Assembly: GCF_006345805.1 (NCBI RefSeq) | Contig: NC_043009.1 | Span: 49,662,001-49,726,000, forward strand | DNA: 64,000 nucleotides | Direction of reading: 5' to 3' | Source: Octopus sinensis | Lineage: Eukaryota | Shown: positions 38,301 through 51,983 of the stretch, in pieces | Numbering within the stretch: position 1 is the stretch's first letter | Layout: each line of letters begins with the position of its first letter | Notes under the pieces: generated by a model | What the model saw: only the letters and a program-made list of their open reading frames with translations | Told to the model about the DNA's origin: nothing | Databases searched by the model: none | Position numbers and translations under genes: made by a program

Positions 38301-39790
38301 TTCCTGCCGAGATCAACTTTTCCTTTGATCTTTATGGGGTCGATAAAACAAAATATCGGTCGATTACTAGGGTGGATGGTATCAACTAACACCACTCGCT
38401 TAAAAAAATCTCTGGCCTTGTGCCTAAATTACTATTATTATTATCATCATCATCATCATCATTTTTATCATCACTGGGGAGCTGGCAGAATCATTAGAGC
38501 ATTGCAAAAATACTTAGCCGTATTTAAATACGGCTAAGGTATAAAGGCGGCGAGCTGGCAGAACCGTTAGCACGCCGGGCGAAATGCGTAGCCGTATTTC
38601 GTCTGCCGTTACGTTCTGAGTTCAAATTCCGCCGAGGTCGACTTTACCTTTCATCCTTTCGAGGTCGATAAATTAAGTACCAGTTACGCACTGGGGTCGA
38701 TGCAATCGACTTAATACCTATGTCTGTCCTTGTTTGTCCCCTCTGTGTTTAGCCCCTTGTGGTTAATAAAGAAATAGGTATATCGTTTTAAGTTCAAATA
38801 ACGCTGAAGTTCAATTCCTCCGCCCCCCCCAACTCACACACATTTCCATACGAAGGATAAAATAGCGGTCATGAACCGGAGTTGACGGTATCGAACACAG
38901 AACCTCTTCGATTTATGTGCATAAATGAAAATTATTATTTGATCACCCACCATCCGCTCAAAATGTCTGGCCTTGTGCATCTACATAAGAAACTGTTATT
39001 AAGAAAGATTAACGAACCGGTAGAATCGTTAAGGGCGCCGGGAAAATGCCTTACGATATTTCTTCCGAAACTTTAAGCTCTGAGATCAATTCCTGCCGAG
39101 ATCAACTTTGTTTTTCAACACTTCTAGAGTCGATAAAATCGATTAATCATTTTCCCGCAAAATTCCTTTCCTTGTACCAAAATCAAAAAAGAGCTTTTAG
39201 CACGCGGAAGGCAAGCATATTGGCAGAATCGTTAGCACACCGGACAAAATGCTTCATAGCATTTCGTCCGCCGTAACATTCAGAGTTCATATTCCGCCGA
39301 GATCGACTTTAGCTCTCAGTTGTTTTAGGATCGGCGAAATAAGTTCCATTTGAACACGTGTCAGTGTATAACCAATTAGCCACCCATCTCCGGCCAAATT
39401 TCAGGGCTTGTGCCTATAGTAGAAACGACTATTATTAGCTGGCAGAATCATTAGTACGGCGGGCAAGCCGAGCGGCATTTCGTCCGTCTTGAAGGCTCTG
39501 AGTTCAAACTCCAAAACGAGTTCGGTTTTGCTTTTCATTCTTTCGGGGTCGATAAAATAAGTACCAATTGAAACAATAAGCTTGATCCAATCGACTTATT
39601 CCTTTCGCTGAACTTGTTAACCTTGTGCCAGAATTTGAAACATTATTGTTGTTGGTTGTTAGCTGCTGCTATTATTATTATTATTATTATTATTAGGACA
39701 GTGAGTATCGGTAGAGCGACTTACGATGTCTTGGTTACATCTCTTTATATTTTCCAAGTTCAAATCCTAGAAAGACTTTTCATATAGTTA
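38301..39790 (+). mobile_element. Head-to-tail cluster of family C SINEs (about five) with a nested family B copy
   Basis: Repeated GCTGGCAGAATC heads, GAGTTCAAA B boxes and GGCCTTGTGCC-(ATT)n tails at ~38301, 38478, 39005, 39205 and 39437. Confidence 0.8.
38546..38776 (+). mobile_element. SINE family B, full length
   Basis: GGCGGCGAGCTGGCAG to AATAAAGAAATA; GGTATA on both sides (38538-38543, 38777-38782). Confidence 0.95.
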
Positions 39791-40675
39791 AGTATTAAGG
39801 GTCATATAAATTGACTATATCTCTCTTGCCCACAGGTTGTGACTTTTTGTGCCTCTACGTTAGAAATCTCAGAAACTTTAATCCGCAGACAATAACAAAA
39901 GTAGATGCCGAAAAAAGAAAAAAAAAGTAACGAAAAACAAAAACAACAAAAACAATAAAGACAATAAAAATAAAAGTTAACAGACAAAACTAGGCTTTCA
40001 CACTCTTATATCAAAAGAATTTCTGGCGTATAATTGTGATGATTTTGGGGGTGGTTGGGGAAGAGGGCTGAGGAAGACGAGACATGTCGTGGTGGTGGTG
40101 GTGTTGGTGGTGGTTGGTAAACTACTCACAAGCAGCAAGTGGGGCTTGTTAGTAGGTAAGTAGTAGGTAGACAAGGCCGAGTTGTAAGAACGAAACCTGA
40201 TCAGTCGACCGGAAATATACTACCGAACTAATGACAAACGGTGAGATAGAGTTTTTGGTGGCCCAGCAAAAGAAAGGAGAAACGTAGGGTGAGTTAGTTG
40301 TTGTGAGTGTAAGGGAAGGGTATAGCGATATATACATACACACGGAAATTTGGGTTAACTATAAAAACTAGAAAATGAGACGAGCGAGATGTCGGTTCAG
40401 AGGCAATGTAACGTTTGTAGCAACTTCAATAGCAGAAGCATCACTATATATCGAAGAGACAGAGAGAGGGAGAGAGAGATGGAATGAGAGAGAAAAAGAG
40501 GCGGGAGAGAGAAAATGGTATATGTATGTGTGTTGATGATTTATAACCAGTAATTGTAGTGGAAGATTCAATTAAAAAAGCATTATAAGTCTGGTTTAGC
40601 GCTGTTAATGCTAGCGACAGAAGGCTAAGAGACATATATTTGTGCATTGTGTGTGTGTGTGTGTGTATGTGTGTC

Positions 40676-40735
<60 letters not shown>

Positions 40736-41120
40736 GTAAACAAACAGCAACAGACACAGAAGAATAAAGAAGGAAAAGAGTGATGAGGAGGGAATTTAGA
40801 GAGAAAAAAAAGAGACAAGATAGAGAGGCATTGTTATGGTTACACTTGATCACTTTCCCATTTACTTCAAGTTTCTAGCCGTAGAAGTGTTCAACAGATG
40901 GTATATCATCAGAAGGGTAGCGAGGGGATGGAATGAATGGAAGCTAACAGTCAACTAAGAACAGTGAGTGTTTGTATAAGAGGTTGTATTGAATTCGGAT
41001 TTGTAATATCTGGTTAGAAATACGGACTTAAAAAAAAAGGTTACTAACTAATTGTGCAGTTTCGATTTTCGATGGGAAACACTTCGCTTCAAATAACCGA
41101 GTTTTGAAATAGAAATGAAC

Positions 41121-41507
41121 GAGTGGCTGTGTGGTAAGTAGCTTGCTTACCAACCACATGGTTCCGGGTTCAGTCCCACTGCGTGGCATCTTGGGCAAGG
41201 GTCTTCAACTATAGCCTCGGGCCAACCAAAGCCTTGTGAGTGGATTTGGTAGACGGAAACTAAAAGAAGCCCGTCGTATATATGTATGTATATATATATG
41301 TTTGTGTGTCTGTTTGTCCCCCTAGCATTGCTTGACAATCGATGCTGGTGTGTTTACGTCCCCGTCACTTAGCGGTTCGGCAAAAGAGACCGATAGAATA
41401 AGTACTAGGCTTACAAAGAATAAGTCCTGGGGTCGATTTGCTCGACTAAAGGCGGTGCTCCAGCATGGCCGCAGTCAAATGACTGAAACAAGTATAAGAG
41501 TAAAGAG
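41121..41507 (+). mobile_element. SINE family A
   Basis: Head (slightly truncated) to tail match. Confidence 0.93.
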
Positions 41508-41734
41508 ACTGTCTCGTTACCATATAAATAAATCTCAGACTTGCATATGTAACAAATTTTAAATAGTTTAAATAGCCAGCGGTGGTGCCCCAGCATGGCC
41601 GCGGCCTTCGGGCTAAAACATTTTTAAGAATTTAAGTTATATTTTGCAGATCCTGTATATTCCCAGCAGAGACTGAAAATACGGGATCTGATTCCCGACT
41701 TATCTTTTCTCAATTTGAAAGACTTCGTATATGA

Positions 41735-41912
41735 CCGCTAAACTTGATACATAGCAGCCAAATCTACATCAAGTAACCTCTTACAGTCTTAAAAAATAAG
41801 TACACTTTGGACAGTGTAGTCCTGAATACAATAAGCGTGAGACAAAAAGAATAAGATTGGATGGATAGTCACGGCTGGAATTAAACGATAACTGATCTCG
41901 AGCTAAACATAC
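41735..41912 (+). mobile_element. Old SINE family D copy
   Basis: AGCAGCCAAATCTACATCAAG...CACGGCTGGAAT...CTCGAGCTAAACA. Confidence 0.55.
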
Positions 41913-41954
41913 AATCCGAACTCTAGTTAGTTATGAAAAATATATATATATATT

Positions 41955-42126
41955 GGCGCAGGAGTGGCTGTGTGGTAAGTAGCTTGTTTACCAACCACAT
42001 GGTTCCAAGTTCAGTCCCACTGCGTGGCACCTTGGGCAAATGTCTTCTACTATAGACTTGGGCCGACCAAAGCCTTGTGAGTGAATTTGGTAGACGGAAA
42101 CTGAAAGGAAGCCCGTCGTATATATG

Positions 42127-42196
<70 letters not shown>

Positions 42197-42422
42197 GCGT
42201 GTGTGTGTTTGTGTGTCTGTGTTTGTCCCCCTAGCATTGCTTGACAACCGATGCTGGTGTGTTTATGTCCCCGTTTCTTAGCGGTTCGGCAAAAAGAGAC
42301 CGATAGAATAAGTACTGGGCTTACAAAAAGAATAAGTCCGGGGTCGAGTTGCTCGATTAATTAAGGCGGTGCTCCAGCATGGCCGCAGTCAAATGACTGA
42401 AACAAGTAAAAGAGTAAAGAGT
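41955..42422 (+). mobile_element. SINE family A, full length, expanded internal (TA)n
   Basis: Head to tail match. Confidence 0.95.
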
Positions 42423-43219
42423 ATATAAATAATAATAATAATAATAAAACAACAACTTAGTAGCCAGTCTTCTGTCTAGGACCAAGCTAACATAAACTAA
42501 CTTAAGAGAAGGCTCTCGTATGTCACCCGTCTAGTGTTACGCTGAGTTGAACGGGATGCGGTAGGATGAATTAGTGATAACGACACATCGTCCCAGTGGT
42601 TATAGTTTGGAGCGAAGGAAGTAGGGTAATTTATGGAGGATATAGATTACACACATTATATGTCGCTAAGTTTAGTCCCAAATGAGTTCTCATTTCGCGT
42701 TTCGATCCCCGGCACAAAACGTTTAATTTTTTTTCTTCTCTCCTATCAATCAAGGTGGGAGCGCTAAGCAGTGATGTGTATAAATGCCATGTTATTATTA
42801 CCGGTTCGAATATGCAAGTGGGCACGTTCGGACTCGTAAACAAGCGATTCACTGTGTTCTGTCATGGAGAAAAATTTCTCGCTGTAGACAAATGGTACCA
42901 CGGGAAACTTTATCTTGGCGTAACGCTAAGACAGTAAATCTCACCTACTCTCGGGTAGCGAGTAGTTCTTAGTACACGGTGAAAAATACACTTTTTGGTG
43001 CCGCCCACTCCACCCAACACAATAATAAACAAGCGTGACAGGTCACAAGAAATTTTACACCCTTTCAGACTTGCGTCAAAGGGTGACTACCTCCAAATCC
43101 TCTCTGTTAACATTTTCAGGGGATCGACCTATTAATCCCCGACAGCAAGGCGAACTGAGTGAGATGAGTGGATGGGTGGGTGGGGGTAGAACTGAGTGTA
43201 AATAAACGGCTGACTATGT

Positions 43220-43477
43220 CAGTGCTTTTCAAACTTTTTACTGGAGCGGAACCCCAAGGAAACATTGCAAGGCTCGAGGAACCCCTGTGCAATAATTTAA
43301 TAGTTTTATGCACACATATGGCGGTGTCCCAGCATGGCCACAGCTCGTGAGCTGAAACTAGAATCAATCAATCATATCTGCACAGGAGAATCAAAAATTA
43401 CTGCCGACTTAAGCAGTTTTGTAACTTCTTGCGGAACCCCTGGACTGTACCGGCGGAACCCTGGTTGAAAACCACTG
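43220..43477 (-). mobile_element. hAT MITE carrying a 53-nt SINE-tail insertion
   Basis: TIRs CAGTGCTTTTCAAAC / GGTTGAAAACCACTG; flanks GACTATGT / GATTATGT; insert 43320-43372 flanked by CATAT. Strand is relative to the 44672 copy. Confidence 0.88.
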
Positions 43478-43524
43478 GATTATGTATTTGAGCTCAACAT
43501 CATAAGGATTGAAACACTGAGTAA

Positions 43525-43876
43525 CGTAAAAAAAGGATGGAAAGCAGAATTTGAACTCAGAACATAAAGACGGACAAAATGCCGCTGCTAAGGCACTTTG
43601 CCCTTCGTGTTAACGATTTAGCCAGTTCGCCTCCTTCATAATAATAATAATAATAATCCTTTCTACTATAGGCACAAGGCCTAAAATTTGGGGAGAGGGA
43701 ACTATTCAATTACATCTACCCCAGTGTCTCACTGGTACTTACTTGATTTATCGACTCTGAAAGGTTGAAAGAAAGTCAACCCCGGCGGAATTTCAACTCA
43801 GAACGTTAAAGACGGGCGAAATGCTGCTGCTAAGGTTTTCGCCCGGCGTGCTAACGATTCCGCCAGCTCGCCGCCT
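43525..43876 (-). mobile_element. Two family C SINEs head-to-tail, separated by (TAA)n
   Basis: Full copy 43657-43876 whose (ATT)n tail runs into a second head at 43525-43638. Confidence 0.85.
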
Positions 43877-44085
43877 TAATAATAAATAAATAAATAAACT
43901 GCAATAAAAATAATTTAAGTGTCGTATTGGATTGCTGTAATGAGTTCCCGTAATAAAACACCGGCGAAACGGCTTGCACAATGAAATCACTTAATGAACA
44001 AAACTTTAAAAGTGATGACGAGGGAATTTCCTTAAGTAAAAAATAAGTTTCCCCAACTCCTACCAGATTTCAGAAGAGGGGTGTC

Positions 44086-44092
<7 letters not shown>

Positions 44093-44157
<65 letters not shown>

Positions 44158-44175
44158 ATAATATATATATATACA
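44093..44175. repeat. (TA)n microsatellite
   Basis: Seen directly. Confidence 0.95.
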
Positions 44176-44671
44176 TAAAATCTATGCATTTATTTACTTT
44201 TAACTGGTTGTTACATACTTCTGAACCGTTTCCTGAAATAGATATCACGAAAGGCAAAAAGAAAAATAAAAGTGCGGCCCACTCGGAGAGCGAGGAATGC
44301 TAATTAGTATAGAAAGGACGTGTACAACTCAGTATGACCTAATTGTGTATGGGAAACCTACTTATTTATGTATTTATTTATTTATGATCTGCTTTTGTCT
44401 GCTTTACACTGTCTACCTTCACAACTTTCACAATCTCTCTCTCTGTCCGTCCGGACTAAGTGGTAGGTACATATTACATCCGGGGACTACACAATGGTAT
44501 ACGTTTAACAGTGATGTTAAGGGTGGGGGGCGGTGAGCATATGGTTAAACAACGAGAAAAGGTGAAAGAAAACTCGAAATGAACAAAAGCGAGTATTTAA
44601 TAATAATGGCTAGAAAAGGTACAGAAAGGTGGGAGAGGAAGCATTGGCTCAACACGTGTATCATATTAAAT

Positions 44672-44890
44672 CAGTGGTTTTCAACCAGGGTTCCACGGAA
44701 CCTTAGGGTTCCGCCAGTACAGTCCAGGGGTTCCGCAAGAAGTTACTAAACTGCTAAAATCGGCAGTAATTTTTAATTCTCCTGTGCAGATATGTGTGCA
44801 TAAGACTATTAAATTATTGCACAGGGGTTCCTCGAGCCAGTGGAATGTTTCCTTGGGGTTCCGCTCCAGTAAAAAGTTTGAAAAGCACTG
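44672..44890 (+). mobile_element. hAT MITE with perfect 8-bp TSD
   Basis: TIRs CAGTGGTTTTCAACC / GTTTGAAAAGCACTG; TATTAAAT at 44664-44671 and 44891-44898; inverted copy of 43220-43477. Confidence 0.92.
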
Positions 44891-45451
44891 TATTAAATGA
44901 ACGAGTGCGTCCCTTGTATTAACTTATGTGTGTGCGTGGGTGACCGATCGGTGAAGAAGTTTCCTCCCTTTACGTTAAAAAGTAACTTAGCCATTCGACA
45001 AAGAGTCTCGATAAAATAGGAAACAGACAAATAAGAAACAGACAAATAAGAATTGAGTGGTCAAGTGAAATATATATGAAATACCATACAACATAAATTC
45101 TGGATTTATTAAAACTATTTCCACCTCCAGAGGATGTGACACAATTATGAAGTGGCAACTGAGACCAGTTGTATACGAGGAGAGATAATCTCTAGATTCG
45201 AGTATTCTCCGAAGCTGACATACCATTGGGTGCACATAGTTTTCCTGGCATTTACTAGTAAGAGACACATTAAGAGAGCGTGAACAATCCCTAATTCTGA
45301 TGATGGACATCGAACTGACAAGTGTAGAAGATATATTAACTTCAATGGTATAAATGTAGTTTATTCATAGACTCAGTCTCTGACTTCTCTCTCCTTCTCT
45401 TTCCTATATATTATGTGTGCGTGTGCAGGAGCACACTAGATACATAAGTGT

Positions 45452-45490
<39 letters not shown>

Positions 45491-46069
45491 ACCGCTGTTA
45501 TCATCCTCAATAAGCCACATTCTCGAGATAGCTAGCCTAAGGTTTCTGAAATAAAACCATGTCATTTCCATTGACATACCACAATATCGGCTCTACATGC
45601 TCAAGTGAGTTCTGAAAGTAAGGGACTGTATTAGGACGACCGACAGTGTTTTCGTTCCGCAGAAACCAAGTTTACAATTTACACTCCGTTAGTTTGTCAA
45701 TAGAAGTTAAATGTCCATGTTTATTCATTTATTTATTTATTTATTTTAATTATTTGTGTATTTTCTTTTCAACCACCCACCCAAAACACACGCACATACG
45801 CACACACAAGAACTAGAAATATTGGCTATTGCAAACGTTTCTTCCTGCTTAATTATTTTTAATAAAACAATTAAGGGCGTGGCTTTCTTGCTTTTAAGAT
45901 GAAATTGCTTTCCTCACCCCCACCTCCCAACAATCAATTCTTCTAAAATAAAGAGGAAATGGAGATCTTGGTTACAAAACAATATTTTCTTATTGTCTTC
46001 ATACTCTGCTAGTTAAAAGAAAAGGAATACACACAGTTCTTCCTTCCCTGCGCCTAACTACGTTAACAA

Positions 46070-46445
46070 ATGAGTCAACGAGAGAGCCGTTACGTACTCA
46101 CTCGGCCTGCTACAAATAACACCCAAATCTCCCTCAATTCTATACTCTACCGATTAAATAAAAAGGAGGGGAGTTCCTTGATGAATGTTATCATGTGTTC
46201 ACTGAACACGGGCAAAAAGAAGGAATAGTAACAGCCGGACTGGCTTGGGGATAACTGGGGCAAAACAACAGTTGATAGACAAGCCAACGAACTTTCAAAC
46301 TTCACCAACATACACTGTTTTAGACAAGAGAAGTCACATCTGATTATGTAGTCCCTGATACACCAAGATACGTCTTGGCCACGAACAGAAGGCCTTTGAT
46401 TATAGCTTTACTAGACCAGGACTGACTAGGGATTAAACAATTACA
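46070..46445 (+). mobile_element. Old SINE family D copy
   Basis: GCTACAAATAACACCCAAATCTCCCTCAA...GCCTTTGATTATAG...GGATTAAACAA. Confidence 0.5.
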
Positions 46446-46644
46446 ATTATAGTTAGATATTTGGAGGAGAAGAGTCTGTTCAATTATTAGATCGATATTC
46501 CACTATTTCAGTGGTACTCAATAAGTGAAAGATTTACCATCATAGCGATTTGAATTGATAATGTAAAGGAACATAACTAATGTCTGCATGGCATTTACGA
46601 ATTGTGTAAATCGGGGCTCCCTCCGATTCTGTTACGCAACTCCC

Positions 46645-46856
46645 TAATAATGCTTTCTGATTGAGGCCCAAGTTCAACAGTTTTGAAGGGATAGGATTAG
46701 TCAGTGCCACTGACCCCAGTATTGGATTGTTACTTCGAACCTAGAAAAATGAAAGGTTAAATTGACCTTGGCGAGATTTGAACTCAGAACGTAAAGAGTT
46801 GTAACGAATACTGTAAAGCATCCTTTCCAACGCTCTAACGATTCTGCCAGCTTGCC
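46645..46856 (-). mobile_element. Family C SINE, diverged
   Basis: GACCCCAGTA, ATGAAAGG, TTTGAACTCAGAACG and GATTCTGCCAGC modules. Confidence 0.75.
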
Positions 46857-47407
46857 GATTTATATTGCTTTACAAATTAGGCACTGGAACACGCATTTTG
46901 CGGGTCGAATACATCTCGAGCCCAGTACTTGATTCACAGAGACTTACTATTTATTATTTTATTGATCTCTGAAAGGGAAAATGGTAAAATTAACCCTCGA
47001 CAAAATCTGAACTTAGAAGAATATTTAAGGGCCTAACTAAAATGCCGTAAAGTATCTCATTTCTCGTGTGAGTGTTTCTACCCCTCCACCGCTTTCTTAA
47101 GAACTACAATATAAGACATTGTACATATGTACATCGTTGTGTGCACACACATACGCACGTATGTAGCTTCGATCTATAATATTTTTAAACGAGATCGTTT
47201 ATTTTTGAAACATGTATCGCATTCTAAAGTATTTGTGATAGGAAACCGGGAAATATTTTGCTACTTAAGAACAACCATTTACGATTACCATCAGCAATAC
47301 TAACTCTTATCTTAATGTACTCGTTATTTTTACTTTCAATACGCATGGTTTTACCCACCCTATCTCGTAAACGTCTAGATCTGTGTGTGTGTGTGTGTGT
47401 GTGTGTG

Positions 47408-47441
<34 letters not shown>

Positions 47442-47633
47442 TTTCCGTTTGAAAAAAGAATTTATAGTTCTTGAAAATCGTTTATTGTGTATCTAGAGAT
47501 GGTCGGGTGTTTTTATTTTTTACTTCTCTCCACCTTGGGTTTTCACGTCGAAATGCTTCACCAACACCAATTAATACACAGATTCATACCAACATGCACA
47601 TTATACATACATACACATATATATATATATATA

Positions 47634-47866
47634 TATTTCTTTACTAACCACAAGGGGCTAAACATAGAGGGGACAAACAAGGACACACAAACGGATTAAG
47701 TCGATTACATCGACCCCAGTGCGTAACTGGTACTTAATTTATCGACCCCGAAAGGATCAAAGGCAAAGTCAACCTCGGCGGAATTTGAACTCAGAACGTA
47801 GCGGCAGACGAAATACGACTGCGCATTTCGCCCGGCGTGCTAACGTTTCTGCCAGCTCGCCGCCCT
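47634..47866 (-). mobile_element. SINE family B inserted in (TA)n
   Basis: Full-length match, with (TA)n on both sides. Confidence 0.95.
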
Positions 47867-47942
47867 TATATATTATATATATATATATATATATTATATA
47901 TAATATATATATATATAATATATATATATATATTATATATAT

Positions 47943-47989
<47 letters not shown>

Positions 47990-48083
47990 CCACATACACA
48001 CATTATGACTTGTTCCTTTCTTGAACAACCTAATATATGTTGTGAACCCTCGGACTTTTGTTCTATTTTGTTCTTGCTTTGCA

Positions 48084-48118
<35 letters not shown>

Positions 48119-48801
48119 TGGTGTGCTTTAGAACTCAATATAAAGCAGAAAAAATAACGAAAATAAGGGGGGAAAAAACTCTCAGTAAATACACACAATG
48201 AACTAGATCCTGAATCCCAACGCTCTCCTAAACGATTTACTACCATCACGGCTATTCTTTTCAAAATACATATATATATACATACATATTCACACGAACC
48301 GATATTTAAGCATTAGAAGCTTTCATATCCTTCCAACAGGGATAAAAGATTTCAATTACACACACAGACATACATGTGTATACATACATACATACATACA
48401 TATGTGAGCGAGCGCACACACATCTCATTGCACTTTTCTCTATGAGCTGTAATCATCACAATTATATAGTAACTATGTATGTAGGTATGTATGTATGTTT
48501 TATGCGCCTGCAAGACTTACTTCTTTATTGTAAAGTCATGTCTTAAAATTAAGAAGAATCGATAAACTCCGAAGTCCCTCCCATCCACCACCACCTCTTC
48601 TACCCACCCAGCTACCTTGTGTCGTCTTCATGCTTACGACGAACACACAAGAACTTGAATGATTGCCCTACTAAAATATTTCCCCGGCATCTCTCACTCT
48701 CTCTTTCTCTCTCTCTCTCAACTTTCTCAGACAATAGACAGACAGGAAGAAATTCCTAAAGGAAGGAAAGAAAGAAAGAAAGAAAGCAAAAACCCCACAA
48801 C

Positions 48802-48846
<45 letters not shown>

Positions 48847-49331
48847 TAATAAATAAAACAAGTGAGTAAATAATAAAGGGGATTGAACTTGAGTTCATAT
48901 ATTCTGGAGTCTGACAGCTTGCTTAATGAGTAGGCTACGCGGAGATCCCTAAAAACTACAACAACAACAACAACTACTACTACTACTGGAACAACAACAA
49001 CAACAACAAACTTGTTTCATTTTAACGGTGAACAACGAAATATTCAGCTCCTTTCAAAAAGAGATCGGAAGTGTAGGAAGGTAGCGGTTGCAAAGAAAAT
49101 GTAAGTGGATTTATTCGGAGGGTGAAATATAATGCGAACTTCAGAAATAAAACACGCATTTAAAAGCAGACAGAAATTCAATAAATAACAAATAGATTTT
49201 ATACGGAAACAACAGCATACAAGAAAGAGAATAGAAGTTGATAGTGATAGTTAGACACGACGTTTGTTGCCTATGCATTACATACATACATATATATATA
49301 TATAATATATATATATACATACATACATACA

Positions 49332-49389
<58 letters not shown>

Positions 49390-49571
49390 TATATATGCAT
49401 ATAGAAACGTATATATTCATACATGTGAGAAATTATACAAGATTCTGTGTTATGTGTTTTGTAAGAATCAATACTCAGCAATTCGTGAATTTAGTGTTGT
49501 TAGCATTTCCCAATTTAGTGTTCAGTGTTGTTACTCTCTCTCTCTCTCTGGCTTTCTCTCTCACCTTCTCT

Positions 49572-49612
<41 letters not shown>

Positions 49613-49719
49613 TGCATGCATGCACATACACTTGCAGAATGGTCGGAGGAAGAGGGCTGTTGAGCACTGGTAGGGGGTTTCCATTTAAACAAGAATGGAT
49701 TCAAGTCAAGGAATGGAAA

Positions 49720-50060
49720 CAATAAAACGGAGAAGGTAGAAGACGAAAATATCAGAGAGGAAGGGAGAGCAAAAGGAGAGAAAGAGGCAGGAGTGAAACA
49801 AAGAGAAAAGAGGAAGGAAGTGGATAAGGAAATGGTAAAATTCATGAAAGGGATGAAAAGAATGGTAAAGGGAAGCCTAGAGGAGAGAGCGAAAGAAATA
49901 GAGAGCGAAAGACAGAGAGGAAAGAGAGAATCCGAAAGACAGAGAGAAAGGAGAGAGAGGAGAGAGAGAGATAGAGAGGAAAGAGAAAGAGAGAGGAGAG
50001 AGAGAGGAAAGAGAGAGAGGAGAGAGAGAGGAGAGAGATGGGCGAGACGAGAAACTATCA
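49720..50060. repeat. GA-rich polypurine tract
   Basis: Seen directly. Confidence 0.85.
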
Positions 50061-51935
50061 AGAATAAAGAAAACGAGCAGCCAAATTAGGTTGTCAAATT
50101 CCTCGGTGCACCAGCGTGACCCAATTTTACGGAATGGATTTAGCACAGCAGAAGAATTTTCCAGGAAGCCAAAACCGGTGTGAAGTGGGTCAGGTCTAAT
50201 CGAAACGATGTGTGGCGGAAAGAAAAAAAAAGAAAAGAAAAAAGAAAAAAAAAGAGACGAAGACGGGGGGGAAAATCATCTCCGTTAGACATGTTGGTCA
50301 TTGCCCAAATATTTCGCTCTTAGAAGAGAAGAAAGAATATCTTGAATAAATGAATGAATGAATGCAGGTTATTACATATCGAGAGAAATGGGTGCATTGA
50401 ACAGCAGCAGAAAAGCGACATCATCTGCAGAGGGAGGACAATGAATGACAAGTGCTTTCCCCCCAAAGGATAAATATCTATATATCAACTGTAAATGCTA
50501 GAGTCTAACCATTCTTTTATAAAGACATTCCACACGTAAGAGTGAATGAATCTTAGAACTATTATTCTAGCTCTATAAATCCTCTTAATTTATATCTAGC
50601 ATACAAAAGGAACTAAATATTTGCCCCCACCACCACCAGCATCAACTCCACCCACCTCTTTTATTCAGAGCAAAAATTTGTCCGTTCCCCAAAGGCTAAA
50701 ATTACTTGAATGAGAAATAGATGCTAGAAATCAATTGAATTTAATTAGGTCTGTGTGAGAGAGTATGTACATGTATGGACAAGAGATGGTGGTGGTGGTA
50801 GTGGTGGTAGTGGTGGTGGTGGTGGTGGTGGTGGTCGGGGCATTAAGGGCTATAAACGCCGGCACTCATTAGATCACTGCTATTAATTTGCATTAAATCA
50901 TGTTTTGTATTTAGATGAGTGACCATCGGGGGAGACATTCGCCAGACTAACTAGTTTAAATGCCGGGAGTCATGAATTTGTATATTAAATGTTTGAAAGC
51001 AGTTTGAATATGTAAATAATTTAATCTGAAAAATTTATATTTCTATTCAACACAATGGAAGATGAAAACGGGACGAAAGAAGGAGAAAAAAAAAAGGAAC
51101 AGTTTTGTCTTACATTTGTTGTAGTACCTAAATAATACAAACAAAGAAATAAAACAATCACTCACACAATAATAATACGAAAACCTGCATAATGTCTCCT
51201 GCTCTATGTAATAGATTACATTCACTCTCTCACTCACCCAAAACACTTCATTTAATATTTATCTCATGCAAATGATATAAACAGGATCAATTGCTTGACT
51301 CAATCGGTGGCAATAAAGAAAAAAAAATTCATGTGTTATTGACCTTACTGACTTCACAGTAAAAGGATAAATAGCTGTGGTGATGTTCATGCTTATTTTT
51401 CTTCAAGAGCATTAGAGGAATCAGTGAAGTGAAGCCGTCTCAACCGGAAACCAAACCCAGTACATAGGGAGTTTTCGTTCGCTTGACATGTATCCTAATG
51501 TGTGTGTGTGTGTATACATACAAATTTGTATAAACACACATACACACTATGTGAGTGTGTGTGTGTGTGTGTGTGTGTACCCTGCTAAAACCCAGCTTGT
51601 GTCTGAGATGTAGTTGGAGAGAAAGAAAATGAGCATTCGATTGTAAAACATCTGTAGTTAATAATTAACGTCCATGTTAGATAAAAAAAAAAAAAAAATA
51701 CACGCACACACGATCACATACTCTATCTCTTTGACGCACACACACACACACACATTGGGATGGTAGTGGTGGCGGAGCAAATAACATACAACAGAAGAAA
51801 TGGAAATATGGAAAGTTTGACTAAGTAAAAGTATAAGTAATAACAACAATAATTGGCAAAGAATTCATATTAAAATTATCTACTGAAATCTTTTTCTTTC
51901 ATCTTTTTAAAATAAAATAAATGATTGTATGCGTA

Positions 51936-51983
<48 letters not shown>

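Noticed and set aside
42890-42915. KWYHGKL, resembling the SH2 domain start
   Set aside because: The frame stops soon after, with no following SH2 helix and no convincing splice sites.
44987-45345. Possible L1/Tx1 or PLE relic
   Set aside because: Two incompatible weak readings on opposite strands; CTGATGA...CGAAC lacks a proper GAAA and helices.
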